Positions 12,109-24,576 of a stretch of DNA of 64,000 nucleotides are shown here, piece after piece. Numbering within the stretch: the stretch's first letter is position 1; each line of letters opens with the position of its first letter. Where the stretch lies: assembly GCF_018977255.1 (NCBI RefSeq), contig NW_024704743.1, positions 73,782,001 to 73,846,000 on the forward strand. The letters are read 5' to 3'. The notes beneath the pieces are model-generated. The model was not told the origin of the DNA. It did no database searches and saw nothing but the letters and a program-made list of their open reading frames with translations. Both the position numbers and the translations under genes were made by a program. Source of the stretch: Callorhinchus milii (lineage: Eukaryota).

Positions 12109-13010
12109 CAACAACAACAAGATTAGATTTGTATAGTGCCTTTCACATTGGGAGGATGTCCCAAGGCGCTGGATAGTGTACAGCATTTCAGACCCGAGCT
12201 GGGGTCGGGGGTAGGAGAAGGGAGGGGAGGGGAAGGGGGGTGGCCGATGGCATGGTCGAAGAGGAGGGTCTTGAGGCGGGACTTGAAGGAGGCTAAGGAG
12301 GGGGCGAGGCGGAGTGATTGGGGGATGGAATTCCAGAGGTTGGGGGGCAGAGTGGCTGAAGGCTCTCCCGCCAATGGTGGGACGGGTGGGTCGGTGGACG
12401 TGGAGCAGGCCAGAGCCGGCTGAGCGGAGGGAACTGGCGGGTTGGTAGGGGGTTAGGAAGTCGCAGAGGTAGGGTGGGGCAAGGACATGGAGGGCTTTGT
12501 ATGTGAGGACCAGGATCTTGAACTGGATCCTCTGAAGGATAGGGAGCCAATGGAGTTGGGTGAGAGTGGGGGAGATGGGGTCACGGAGTTTGGTGCAGGA
12601 GAGGACACGGGCTGCAGAGTTCTGGATTATCTGCAGCCTGTGGAGGGAGGAGTTGGGAAGGCTGACAAGCAGGGCGTTTGCATAGTCGAGCCTGGAGGTG
12701 ATGAAGGCATGAACGAGAGTTTCAACGGCCTGAGGGGTGAGGTAGTTGCGGAGTCGGGTGATGTTACGGATGTGAGGGAAGGCAGAACGGGTCATGGCTT
12801 GAATGTGGGAGAGAAGACAGTTGAGGGTTGAACAAGACACCGAGGTTCCTGACTGGCGGTGAGTTGAAGTGTGAAACCATGGAGGTTGATGTTGCCAGAG
12901 CCTGAGGTGCTGAGGCGCTGGCGCGAGCCAATCAGGTGGGCCTCAGTCTTGTTCACATTCAACTGTAGGAAATTTGCCCTCATCCAGGACTTGATGTCCG
13001 ACAGGCATGT
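12109..13010 (-). mobile_element. 5'-truncated L2 LINE with (TTG)n tail
   Basis: ORF 12073-12840 has HAFITSRLDYANALL...LQIIQNSAARVL...LHWLPILQRIQFKIL; ORF 12792-12983 has [14 protein letters not shown]. Confidence 0.92.
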
Positions 13011-13216
13011 CAGGGATGGGATGACTTCATAAAGTTACTTCATCAGTGAAAATCATGTCTCATGTTACTGTTATTCACTTACTTATTTGTGTTCAAAATG
13101 ACCAACATTTTACGAAAAAGCACCTGTAACTTGTGAATGGAAGAGTGCCACGCCCTTCATGCAGACCAAAGAATTCAAGGGAACACAAATGGCTTTATGT
13201 AAAGCAAATCAAAGCA

Positions 13217-13296
13217 TTTTTTTGATCAGCTGAGTGTCTGACACATACAGAAACCCTTCACCAAACTTAAGAGTTTCCAAACCAGATTGAAAGTTT
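13217..13296 (-). mobile_element. Family X 3' end fragment
   Basis: T7-gatcagctgagtgtctgacacatacagaaaccc matches the reverse complement of 3580-3646. Confidence 0.7.
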
Positions 13297-13729
13297 TACG
13301 TATTTATGCCATCTACACGTGGAAACAAGATAAAGTGAGACAAAGGAACAGGTACAAAAGAGTAGTGACTGTGTATTTTGTAGGTGCATGCGGCAGCCAG
13401 TTTGTGTATTGCAATGTCCTGTAACAAATTACATTTTTTTCTTAATCTGTGAGATTGTTGGCCAAGACACTGGGAGAAACCTTTACTACTCAGGTATATT
13501 TCTAGCACCCTTTTAAACATCATAATTGGTTCTACCTCTACTGCTTTCTGAGGTAGTGCATCCCACATTCTCAAATGTTTTTTGGTCTCACTCCATACTG
13601 CATGATGGGATCCATCTGGTTTGTGAGTTTCAGCTGATGGACAATATCATCATTCAATTTAGTTTCTTATAAGTGTCATTGTGTAAATCCTATGTGAAGT
13701 TAACCTTGACACCTCAATTTCTGTTTCAG

Positions 13730-13817
13730 TGTAAACATTATGAAGAACAAATTAGACCCTGAAGGACTAGGAATCATTTTACTGGGAAAATTTCGACAAG
13801 AATTTTTTCCTGAACAG
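13730..13817 (+). CDS. MINDY3: MINDY3 internal exon (88 nt)
   Basis: tttcag|T GTA AAC ... GAA CAG|gtaagc. Encodes (Y)VNIMKNKLDPEGLGIILLGKFRQEFFPEQ; the first base completes the TA-T Tyr codon from the previous exon. Confidence 0.95.
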
Positions 13818-13849
13818 GTAAGCATCTAATTCCATATTCTTAAAAAAAC

Positions 13850-14710
13850 ATGTGTGCAAGCTCTTTGAGAGAGCAATCCATTCAATCCCATTTATCTGGC
13901 TTTTTCCCATAACCTTACAGAATATTCCTCTTTACACAACTGTCTGCTTCTTTAAAGCTAATATGGATATTGCCTCAATCCCCTTACCCGGAAGGGCATT
14001 CCACATCCTAAACTCAATAACTCTGTAAACAATTTCTCCCTTTGCTCTCTTAATAACTATCTTAAATTAATGCTCTCTAGTCGCTGACACCATCCAGTGG
14101 AAATGATGTCCCTCTATCCAATGACAATGGAATGTCTTTATCACAAGAGGGCTGGAATTTAAAACAAAGGAAGTGATATATATTGCAGTGTATAATGCCC
14201 TAGTCAGGCATCATTTCAAGAACTGTATACAGTTTTGGGCACCAATCTTAGAAAATAAATACTTGCCTTGGAGGTTGTGCAGCTTCATCAGAATGATGCC
14301 TGGATTGAATGGGTTTAATTATGATGGCAAAATGGGGTTGAACTCCATTCAATAGGAAAGGTTAAAGAATGGTCTGATCAAGGTGTTTTAAGGTAAAAAT
14401 GGGAATAGACAGAGTAAATAAGGAGACTCTTTCCAATGGTTCAGAACGCAGGACGACATAATCTTAAAAATTAGAGCTAAACCTGCTAGTAACTAAATCA
14501 GAAGACTTCTTTACTCAAACAGTTATGGAATTCACTTCCTCAAAAAACTGTTAATACAGAGTCGGTGGGAATGTTTAAGAGGGAAGTAGATAAATACCTG
14601 GCTATTTAAATTATTGGAGGTTATAGAGAAGAACCAGGCAAATGGTATTGAGTTACAGTTCAGCCGTAGTCTTAAGAAAATAACATAGAATTACCTACTT
14701 CTGTTCCTAA
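13850..14710. mobile_element. Two degraded CR1 fragments in opposite orientation (~13850-14110 minus; ~14120-14710 plus)
   Basis: ORF 14173-14355 has YNALVRHHFKNCIQFWAP (CR1 motif); the upstream part resembles the antisense CR1 3' region. Confidence 0.6.
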
Positions 14711-15609
14711 AACCTGTCTACTGTCAGGTCTCTCCTCAACCTTCTCCGTTTCAATGAATAATAATAATACTTGCGTTTGATATTGCACCTTATCACATTG
14801 TCGAGACGTCTCAAAGCGCTTCACAGAATATACTGTAAAGTGGATTGACTGTATTTTGTGGGCAGAATGGAATTGACCCAGTTCCTTTCTAGTCTCTGCT
14901 CATAAGTCAAATCACTCATCCTTGGTATCATCTTGATAAATCTCTCTTGTACCGACATTAAAAAATCAATTTCATGCTTTAGTATTATGATTAAAGACAT
15001 CATTAATAGATAAAATAGCATTCGCTGAGACTTTTACAAGGAAATAATCCAGTAGAGTGGGTTGGTTCTAATAATATCATGAACCGTAGGAGTTAAGAGA
15101 AGTATTCTGATCCCAGCGATCAAGTTACATTTTCCAACACAACATCCCACAAAGGTTTATATAATGTGTACATTTTGCTTTGCCTTTTTAAACATATGTG
15201 TTTTGCACTTCAGGGTCAAAGAGATTTCAGGTCTGGGTTTAGCTTTTTCCACCGCAGAGTTTAACTATTCTGGTTATTCTCTTCTGTTACCATTGAGTTT
15301 TGGTGACAGAATGAGTGGGTGAGAAGCTTTTTAAACTTGCTTGTGTTTTTGTATTACGACCAGGCAGTAGTCACACATAAGTCTACCTAAGAGCTCTTGG
15401 ATAGATGCCAGATTCTGTCTTTTTAGTTACATACACCAGGCTCTTCACGAGGCTCTTATAATTTGAGTACATCTCTAGCAATGCTTTTGAATGTTTCCTC
15501 ACAGCTGCAAAAGCAGACATTAGTTCTGCAGTGGTTTGTCACTCAGTGGGAAACTTAACCACTTTCTTGGAGAAATACATTTCTGACGTCTTTCTGTATT
15601 TACTACCAA

Positions 15610-16110
15610 ACAACAACTTCAACTTGATTTATACAGTTCCCATCATATAGAATAATGTCTTGGAGCACTTTACAATAGTGGAATGTTTACTGAGCTGGTG
15701 GGGGGGAGGATAGAGGAGAGAAAGAGGTGACCATAGATCAGGTTGAATAATAATAATAATAATAATAATAATCTTTGCATTTGATATAGCGTCTTATCAC
15801 GTCTTCGAGACCTCTCAAAGCGCTTCGCAAAATATACTGTTAAGAGAATTGACTATATTTTGTGGGCGAAAAGTAGATTGTAAGACAGGACTTGAAGTCA
15901 GATAGCTAGGAGTGAGATGAAGGGCTCAAAAGAGGGAGTTCCAAATGACAGAGCCTAGAATTATAAAGCTCGGGCATCGATGCCGCCATCGATGGTAGGA
16001 TGGGAACAGGCCTGAGTTAGTTGGTCAGAGAAGGATATCAGGCAGATAGGGAGGTGCCAGGGTGTAATGGGATTTGTAGGAAATTGATTGTCTGAGAGAC
16101 ATGGAGCCAG
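15610..16110 (-). mobile_element. Old L2 3' fragment interrupted by a truncated (TTA)n-tailed SINE (~15746-15870)
   Basis: caacaacttc... L2 tail; (TAA)n-ctttgcatttgatatagcg SINE tail inside it. Confidence 0.6.
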
Positions 16111-16534
16111 TGGTGTCAGTCAAGGACTGACCTATTTTTGCCCTTACTAGGGAGATGCCCTCATTAGTGAGCTGGGGCTTTAGTCACCATAGTTCATATT
16201 ACAATGATAAGATCAACTGAACAGTGAGCATCCCTCATCACTAAGCTGTCTATAAGCTTAGGATCTACTGCTTCTTACTGAATTGCTTTTCTTTCCAAAA
16301 TAAGGTGACGTGGTTTGGTTGACTCATCCCTAAAGCCTCATGCTTGTATTCATAATTGGACTTTGTGCATTTAATAATAATAATAATTCTTGCATTTGTT
16401 ATAGTGCCTTATCACGTCTTTGAGACGTCTCAAAGCGCTTCACAGAATATACTATAAAGTGAATTGACTGTATATTTTGTGGGAAAAATAATGTCATTGG
16501 ACAAGGTCTTGTATAGAAATACTTAGAATACTTT

Positions 16535-17430
16535 CCTAGACGAGAGACAACTTTCTTCAGCTCAACGTGCGTAAAACTGATTGGCTCGTGTCAGTGCCTC
16601 CGCACCTCAGGCGCTGACAGCATCAGCATCGAAGGCTGCACTCTCCACCTCTCGAAGCCGGTCAGGAACCTCGTGGTTCTGTTTGACCATGAGCTGTCCT
16701 TTCTCCCTCATATCCGTGCCACAACTGGCACCGCCTTCCATCACCTCCGGAACATCGCCAGACTATGGCACTACCTCACCCCTCACGCTGCTGAAACTCT
16801 GGTCCACGCCTTTATCGCCTCAAGGCTGGACTATAGGAACTCTCTCCTCGCCGGCCTTCCCGCCACCTCCCTCCACAAGCTGCAGGTCATTCAGAGCTCT
16901 GCAGCTTGTGTACTGTCCCGCACCAGGCTTCGGGACCACATCACTCCCACCCTCGCTCGCCTCCACTGGCTCCCCATCCCCCAGAGGATCGAATTCAACA
17001 TCCTCATCCTCACCTACAAGGCCATTCACGGCCTTGCACCCTCCTACCTCTCTGACCTACTATCCCCCTACCTACCTGCCCGTACCCTCCGTTCCTCTGG
17101 CTCCGGTCTGCTCCACATCCCCTGCCCCAACCGCCCTACCATCAGTGGTCGGGCCTTCAGCCTCTCAGCCCCGAGGATCTGGAACTCTATCCCCCAGTGC
17201 CTTCGCCGCCTCCTCCTTTTCCTCCCTCAAGGCCGGTCTCAAGACCTTTCTCTTTGACCGTGCCTTCAGCTCCTCTCTCGATTCTCTACCCCCTCCTCGC
17301 TCCCTCCCTTCCCTCCCCTCACCCTGACCATTTCCCCCCTGCTCGGGTCCTGACTCAACTGTACAGCGCCTTGGGACGTCCTCCCGCCGTGAAAGACGCT
17401 CTATAAATGGAATCTTGTTGTTGTTGTTGT
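16535..17430 (+). mobile_element. 5'-truncated L2 LINE with (TTG)n tail
   Basis: ORF 16673-17257 has AFHHLRNIARL...HAFIASRLDYRNSLL...LHWLPIPQRIEFNIL; ends cagcgccttgggacgtcctcc...(ttg)5. Confidence 0.92.
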
Positions 17431-18729
17431 TTTAGAACGCTTCAACATAGAAGCATGCAAACTGTCCCAACCAGTCAACGCCAGTGTTTATATTCCACAA
17501 GTGCCTCCATCTCTCCTCTTTCCTTCTCCCTTCTTTAACATGATCTGTTAAAATCCACCCCATATTTTGTTTTCAGTATCTGCACATTTTCATGTATTGT
17601 GTATGGAAAAACAAAACCTTTTTGAACCCCAACAGTATGTGGTAGGAATAGATTCAGCAGAATGTCACATACAGAAACTTGATTTGCAAATTCATGCTTT
17701 AAAACAATAAATAAAAGATGCAAGTTTTTTGAGAATTTTTTTAAAGCCGTTCTTTATTCACAAGCATCACTTGATTATTTTTATAAATATTTTCTGTTTT
17801 TCCATTCGATGTTAATAAGTCAAGAATCCCACAATAGATTTTTAATATATTCCTCAACGCATAGGAGTCTAATATAAAGCAATTTTAAACAGAGTTGCTG
17901 AATAATGAAACCAAGTGAGAACTTCTTCTGTTACCCACAAGTAAACTATGCTGACCAGCAGGAACTCCATTCCAAAACTAAATTGTTTAAAGTGAAGTTC
18001 TGTAGCTCAACGGTCTGTAATTTTAGTTTTCATATTATGGAATCCCGTTTGAAATTGCCACAAGATTATGTCAGTATTATCTGGGAGAGTCTTTAGCCAT
18101 CTTGTCCCCACTTTCTAGAACTCAACCCACAGCTCCTTCCCCTCTGTTTTGTCCGCTCCCTCCTCGCCTTCAAACCTGCAGTATCACCTACTCTTCAACT
18201 GTACATTCAACCATACAGCACCCCCAACCCCTCAGATTATTATTACTATTTTGAGTTGCCGCTCTGATGTGAAAGATGGTATATAAATGATATAAATGTA
18301 AATTAGTGGTATTATTGTCTCTAATATTGTATGTCCTTCCTGCCAAAGACGTATGTGTGGGACTGGAGACCCTAAAAGATACATTCTCCTCTTCTGGGGA
18401 GCTGTTTCTAGGTATTCTAACCATGGAATGATTTTGTCTCTCTTCCTCAGCTCCCAAATGCATGTTTATTCCCAGCCAAATTCATTGAAACAAATTCAAG
18501 CTTTGTTTTGGCATATTCTACATGTTGATAACTGTAATGTTTGTATTAATAATACATCTACTATTGATAATTATTTGTGCCATCGCCAACTGTCACATTT
18601 TAGTCAGCATTTAAATATCTGGGTTGGAGGAAGGGTCATTTTATTGTAATTTGAGGGAGGCACAGCTAATTCAGGAATAGCAGTACAGAAAATACTAGGT
18701 TTGAGTCACTGCAATATCAAGAGTCCCTG

Positions 18730-19085
18730 GAGGCAGTGCAGCATAGAGCAACGAGGATGATCCCCAGGATTGGGGAACGAGCTATGAGTAACAATTAGAC
18801 CAGCTGGGGCTCTTCAATCTTGAGAGAAGATGTTTCAGATGGGATCTTACAAAGGTGTATACATTTTTAAATGGAATTGAAACATTAAACCAAAAACAAT
18901 ACTTGAGGTTGCACCAGGAAAATAGAACACGAGATATAGGTATATAGGTTTAGAGTTGGAAAGGGCAATTTCAGGACAGATATCAGGAAGGTTTTCTTTA
19001 CCCAAAGGGTAATTAAGAATTGGAACATGTTGCCAGGAAGAGTGGTTGAAGCCAGGACACTTATTTAAAGAACAGTTTAGGAAGA
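18730..19085 (+). mobile_element. Degraded CR1 fragment
   Basis: ctggaggcagtgcagcatagagcaacgaggatgatccc...ttggaacatgttgccagg; a related fragment lies at ~37290-37530. Confidence 0.6.
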
Positions 19086-19109
19086 CAGTAGGGTAGATTT
19101 TCTGGAATG

Positions 19110-21650
19110 CTTGACAGTGGCAGAGTCTGACAACGAGCCGGGGGAAAGGGAGATGACCGGAAGCATGATCAAAAAGGAAGGTGTTTAGGCGGGATTTGAA
19201 GGTGGAGAGGGAGGAGGCAAGGCAGAGGGATTGAGGGACAAGAGTTCTAGAGTTTTGGGGCTGAAGGCACAGCCACCTATGGTGGAGCGGAGGAGACGAG
19301 GGACAAACAGGAAGCCATACCCAGCCGAGGGTGCTGGGTAAGCAGATAGGTAGGGAGGTGCGAGGGCATGAAGGAATTTGAAAACAAGTGAGAAGATCTT
19401 GAAATCAGTCCATTCGGTAATTGGGAGCTAACAGAGCCTGGCAAGGACTGTTGTAATGGAGGTACAGAGTTTTGTGCGGGTGAGTATGTTGGTGACAGGC
19501 AGAGTGTTGGATAAATTGCATTTTGTGTATGCTGGATCTGGGGAGATCCATGAGGAGAGCATTGGAAGTCCAGCTTGGAAGTGACGAGGGTTTCGACTAC
19601 GTTGGTTGTGAGGTACGGATGGAGACGGCCAGTGTGATGACAGGTGGAAAAAAGCGGTCCTGGTCAGGAAATGGATGTGAGGTAGAAAGGAAAGCTGGGG
19701 ATTGAACCTGATGCCTAAGTTGCGCAGAGGTTTGGAGAGTCTGAGGGAGAGCCCAGGGAGGTTGAGTAGTTCATATCCACAGGAGAGAAGACATTGACAG
19801 GAGCCAAAAATTGTGGCTTCCATCTTGCCGACATTCAACTGCAGGAAATTAGCGCAATGGACAAGCCTTGATGTCCATCAAACAAATTGTCAGAACATCA
19901 GTAGACTGGAAGTTGTAGCTGGAGGAGAAGAAGTAGATTTGGGTGTCATTTGTAAACTTGTGGAAATTGACCTCTTGTCTGGGGATGATATTCCCGAGAG
20001 GGAGCATATAGCAAGGAAAAGAAGGGGGCCAAGAATGGAGCCTTGGGGTATCCTGCAAGTAACTGGGTGGGGGCAGCAAGAAAAACCATTGGACAAGACG
20101 TATTGTTGGCAGTTTGTTAAGTAGGACTCGAACCATGCGAGTGCAGTCCCACAAAGTTGATGAGGTAGGAGGGGTGGTGGAGGAGGATGGCATGATCATT
20201 CTGTCGAAAGCGGTGGAGATGTCCAGGAGAACGAGGAGGCAGAGTGAGCCCTGGTCACAGAAAGAGAGTATGTCATTTATTACTTTGACGAGCGCTGTCT
20301 GTGCTGTGGGCAGGGCGAAAACCAGACTGGAGGGGTTCGAGTAGGGAGTGGAGGGACGGGTGGGAGCAATGCTGATTTGCAACCATGAGTTCCAAAACTT
20401 TGGGCAGGAAGGGCAGGTTTGAGATGGGTTGAAGTTTGTGAGGTTGGAGGGATCGAGGGTAGGTTTTTTAAGAAGAGGAGTAATGACAGCAGTTTTGAGG
20501 AGGAGTGGGACAGAGCCTGAGGAGAGGAATTGGTTAATTGTGTCAGCCAGCAGTGAGGGGTAGTTGATTGACCAGAAGCTGGGTTGGGAGGGGCTTGACG
20601 CAGCAGATAGTGAGCTTCACATGGGTGATACTGGGGGAAAGAGAGACGGGAGAGATGGGGGCAAAGGAGTGGAGGGTGGAGGCTATAGTAGGAGGAGAGG
20701 GTGATGAAGGAGGCATGGGGGGGGGCTACAGGAGCGGTAGGTGACATTGTGGGGGTAGAGGAAGAGGAGCCAGCCAGACAGATGTTGTTGATTTTAGACA
20801 TAAAGAAGTCCAGAACCTCCCTGGTGCTTGAGAGGGCCTGGAGGAGGTGGGGGGTCGAGGAGAACAGACTTTAGGGATTTTTTTGGCCTTGAGAATGACC
20901 TGCGAATAGAAGGAGGTTTTATAATAATAATAATCCTTGCATTTGATATAGCGCTTTTCACGTCTTCTAGACATCTCAAAGCGCTTCACAGAATGGAATG
21001 TAAAGTAAATTGACTGTATATTTGTGGGTGAAACGCGGCAGTCAATTGCGCACAGCAGTGTCCCACAAACAGTCGTCGGATTTAAATGATGAATTTATTA
21101 TTGGGTTTTTTAGGGATTATTAACAGGCTTTTAATAATTTTTAATAAGAGATAATAATAAATAAATAATAATAAATAAATAATGAATAAAAATATAATAA
21201 AATCTTGGCGTTTGAAAATTTTTAAAAATGTGTGTGTTTGGGGGGGTGGATACAAATTTTCTGTTTTGGCTTGAGAGGGAGGGGGAATGGTGGTAGGTGT
21301 GAAAATGCTCAAACCACAGTTGGCGGTGAACTGTGAGGCCGGTTTTGTGCCATCTGCGCTCGAGCAACCTGGTTTGGGATTTGAGGGAGTGGAGATGACT
21401 GTTGTACTGGAGGAGCGGGTAGGTTTGGAGATAATCCTGGATTGCAGCGGGACAAGGGAATTAAAGGTTGAGGAGAGTTGATTGTTTAGCTTGAGTGTTG
21501 CATTTGGATCACTGCGGGTGGAAGGCCAGAGGGAGAGAAAGTCCAAGGATGAGACGGCGTTTGTGAGGAAGCTTTTTCCATGAGAAGGATAAGACAAGAC
21601 GGGTTGAAGGGCCTTCTTTATTTCAACCAATGTTGCAATCTTGCGATTGC
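19110..21650 (-). mobile_element. Long degraded L2 LINE with a SINE inserted at ~20920-21150
   Basis: RT motifs in broken ORFs: TALVKVINDIL...LLVLLDISTAFD (19849-20382) and IPQGSILGPLLF (19890-20096). Confidence 0.85.
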
Positions 21651-22869
21651 TCCCTTCACCTCTGTAGAGCACCACTAATGACCGTCTGTACAAGCTCCAG
21701 CATTTCTCTCACATCTCTAACTCTTAATAGAACAGTGACCCACTTTATAGAAGGTAACAGTTCTATATAATATTTGTAACTGAATCAGCCTGTGATGGGT
21801 GCTATTGGACACCATGGACACTGAGCCGGCAATTTATGATCCAAAGCCATCTCAGAGTTTTCACTATTTCTTCCATGACAAAAGCACCCTATCCTTTTAT
21901 ACATTGAGAATTCTAAACCTTGCAAACACTCAGTGCCGTTTAAGGGCCTTAATCCTTACAAGCAACTCCAATTTTGATCTCTCTGATCTATGTCAATGAT
22001 CATTATGTGAACTTTTTAATACCCTCCAGAGAATACCAAGTAATTGGATACTGAAATGCTCATTCACCACTGTGCTTGTAAATGTGTGTGGGCTTTTTTT
22101 TTGGAGATGGATATCTATTCCTCCATTTTCTAAGTTTTTTTTTAGCATCAAACGTTTGTCGCTAAAATTGCTTTAACTTGGTTTTAAGGGGACATGAAAT
22201 GGTGGATTATATGCTCCCACTCGAGACCCCCCATAGCTACATTGCTGGTCTCAGCTGTGCCAGCAAGAAGTCCCAGCACTTCCTCATAACAAAACTATCA
22301 GTAGTTATCCAGACTGCCATTGCACAATTGTAGGTGGTTAACAGAGCTGCACCGACTCAAAGCTCGGCAGGTTGCCTGCTCTTACCAGTGGATGAGACAT
22401 GGTGAATAGAGAAGCCCGTGGATAGAAGAGGTTGAAAAATATATCCAACACACAGTAATCTGAGTTGGTATTAATTTCACAATTATGAAATGGAAAATTC
22501 AACAACTTGCATTCATATAGCACCATTCAAAATATACAGTCAATTCACCACAGTAAATTCTGTGAAGCACTTTGAGACATAACAACAACAACAAATTACA
22601 TTTGTATGGCGACTTTCACATCAGAAGGACGTCACGTCGCAAGGACTTCTCTACAACGTGATAAGGCACTTTATCAAATGCAAAGATTATTATTCATATT
22701 ATTGCAAGATAAACATCTCAAAGTGCTTTGATATCCATTAGGCAAAGATTTGCTACAATGAAAAGATGTGGTTTTTTGTGGTTTATGGTCTTAATGTTTG
22801 AATAACTCGTCAACATTTGTTCTTGTACAAAATGCACAGCTTTGCCACATGGGTTTTCATCCATAATTC

Positions 22870-23168
22870 CAGGGTGTTCACAAAGTCATAGTACTCCCAC
22901 GTATTTTTCTACAGTGGACTGACCAACAGTTGAAATTAGAAATACTTCATTATATTCAGTACAAGTGTTTAACTGTATTTAGACATCCAGAGGATCAGTA
23001 TGAGCGCCATCGTTTTCATGGCAGGTATTGATTCATCAACATATTCGGTGCGACATCTTCCGTAACGTGGATGGAGTGACGAGGAACTTACACTTGACTC
23101 ATCTGCAACAGAAAACAAAAATTTATTGTAAGAAAAAAACGGGGTAACAGAACTTTGTGAACACCCTG
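22870..23168 (+). mobile_element. Tc1/mariner-like MITE, copy 2
   Basis: Perfect 16-bp terminal inverted repeats CAGGGTGTTCACAAAG ... CTTTGTGAACACCCTG. Confidence 0.85.
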
Positions 23169-23384
23169 TCTATAATAGTCTAATTTCCCTACTGTATACA
23201 AGGCCATTTATGTGTCAAAAGTAACTACTAAATTGAATGCTTAAATTGTAAACATCTGTTGGCTTTAATCCCCATATAACGTAACTGATAGAGTGTGACC
23301 AATTGCATTATGACCCAACACATATAGTTCAATGTGGAAAATAAAGTACAAATCCATGTGTAACTTTCTCTGATATGTTTTTAG

Positions 23385-23456
23385 GAATCCACTATCCAAG
23401 ATTCATTCCCTGTATACCACCACAATGGCCTAAAGCAGTCAAACCACAATGAAAAG
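23385..23456 (+). CDS. MINDY3: MINDY3 penultimate coding exon (72 nt)
   Basis: ttttag|GAA TCC ... GAA AAG|gtgagg. Encodes ESTIQDSFPVYHHNGLKQSNHNEK (human GSSGPESFTVYHYNGLKQSNYNEK); phase 0-0. Confidence 0.93.
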
Positions 23457-24261
23457 GTGAGGCTCTTTCCAGTTTGCTGAATATTTATGTACTAACTTTA
23501 TTTATTACTTTTTCATGTCCATAATTACTTTGTATTGGTCATGATCTGTTTTAAAAACTTCTAAATATATGTACCTTCTGATGATATGATTTACCAAAAC
23601 ATAAACAACTTTGCATGGCCATGGAACCTATACATTTACAATACAGAAGAAGCTGTGCTGGCTTTTTCAAGAGCAATCTTTCAGTTGCATTTACCTGCCC
23701 TTTTCCCATATCTCTGTAGTTTACTTCTTTTTAGGTATTTATCTAGTTCCCTTATATATATATACTCACATCTTGTAACTCTACAAAAGAGTGCAATGAG
23801 GAATTAAATGTCCATTTCTACCCATACTATCCAAAGGTCTGGCATTAATATATTGTGATGTAGGCTCTGGCAATCAACTTTAATGCATATTAAAACACAA
23901 AACAATTTGGCCTCGGAACTCCTGGGTTAGAGAGAGGAAATTCAGCCAGTGGTGTTGCCCCTATTTGCTTTCCACAAACCCCTGCTGTGTTTTGCATGTG
24001 GAGATCACCAACAACAACAAGATTATATTTGTATAGTGCCTTTCACAGCGGGAGGAGTAACTAGCACAGTGACTTAGGAAGAGGGAGATGCACGTTTGAG
24101 CATGTTGTCCTCCACAAAATGAGTTTTCACTACGCTTATCTCTTAAGTCACCCACTTTTGGATTGACTGTTAGGTGACTTGGAAGTGAATCATCCTGCGC
24201 TCAGTGGATTGTGCAAGTCACAAAAAGGCTGAAGAAACAGGAAAGGGGAATATCTTATTTA

Positions 24262-24576
24262 GAAGTCCTATAGCTCAGTGGTTAGAGCACTCGCTTTGCA
24301 AGCGAGAGACCTGAGTTCAATTCCAGGCAGGGCGAAACCTTGGGCAAGTTTCCTTACTCCACACGCCTAATAATAATCCCTCCAAAACCAAAAACAATAA
24401 TAAATTGATCATTTTCAATCTACTACTGTTTGTGGGACACTGCTGTGCACAATTAGCTGCCACGTTTCGCCCACAAATATACAGTCAATTCACTTTATAG
24501 TATGTTCTGTGAAGCGCTTTGAGACGTCTAGAGGACATGAAAAGCGCTATATCAAATGCAAGGATTATTATTATTA
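24262..24576 (+). mobile_element. Full-length tRNA-Ala-derived SINE with L2-type tail and (TTA)n
   Basis: A box tagctcagtggt, anticodon arm ctcgc-tttgcaa-gcgag (TGC), B box gagttcaattcc, tail ...caaatgcaaggattattatta. Confidence 0.9.

Noticed and set aside
24262..24335. tRNA-Ala(TGC) gene (also at 51990-52064 and 53825-53896)
   Set aside because: No proper acceptor stem, and each continues into a shared SINE body and (TTA)n tail; these are SINE heads.
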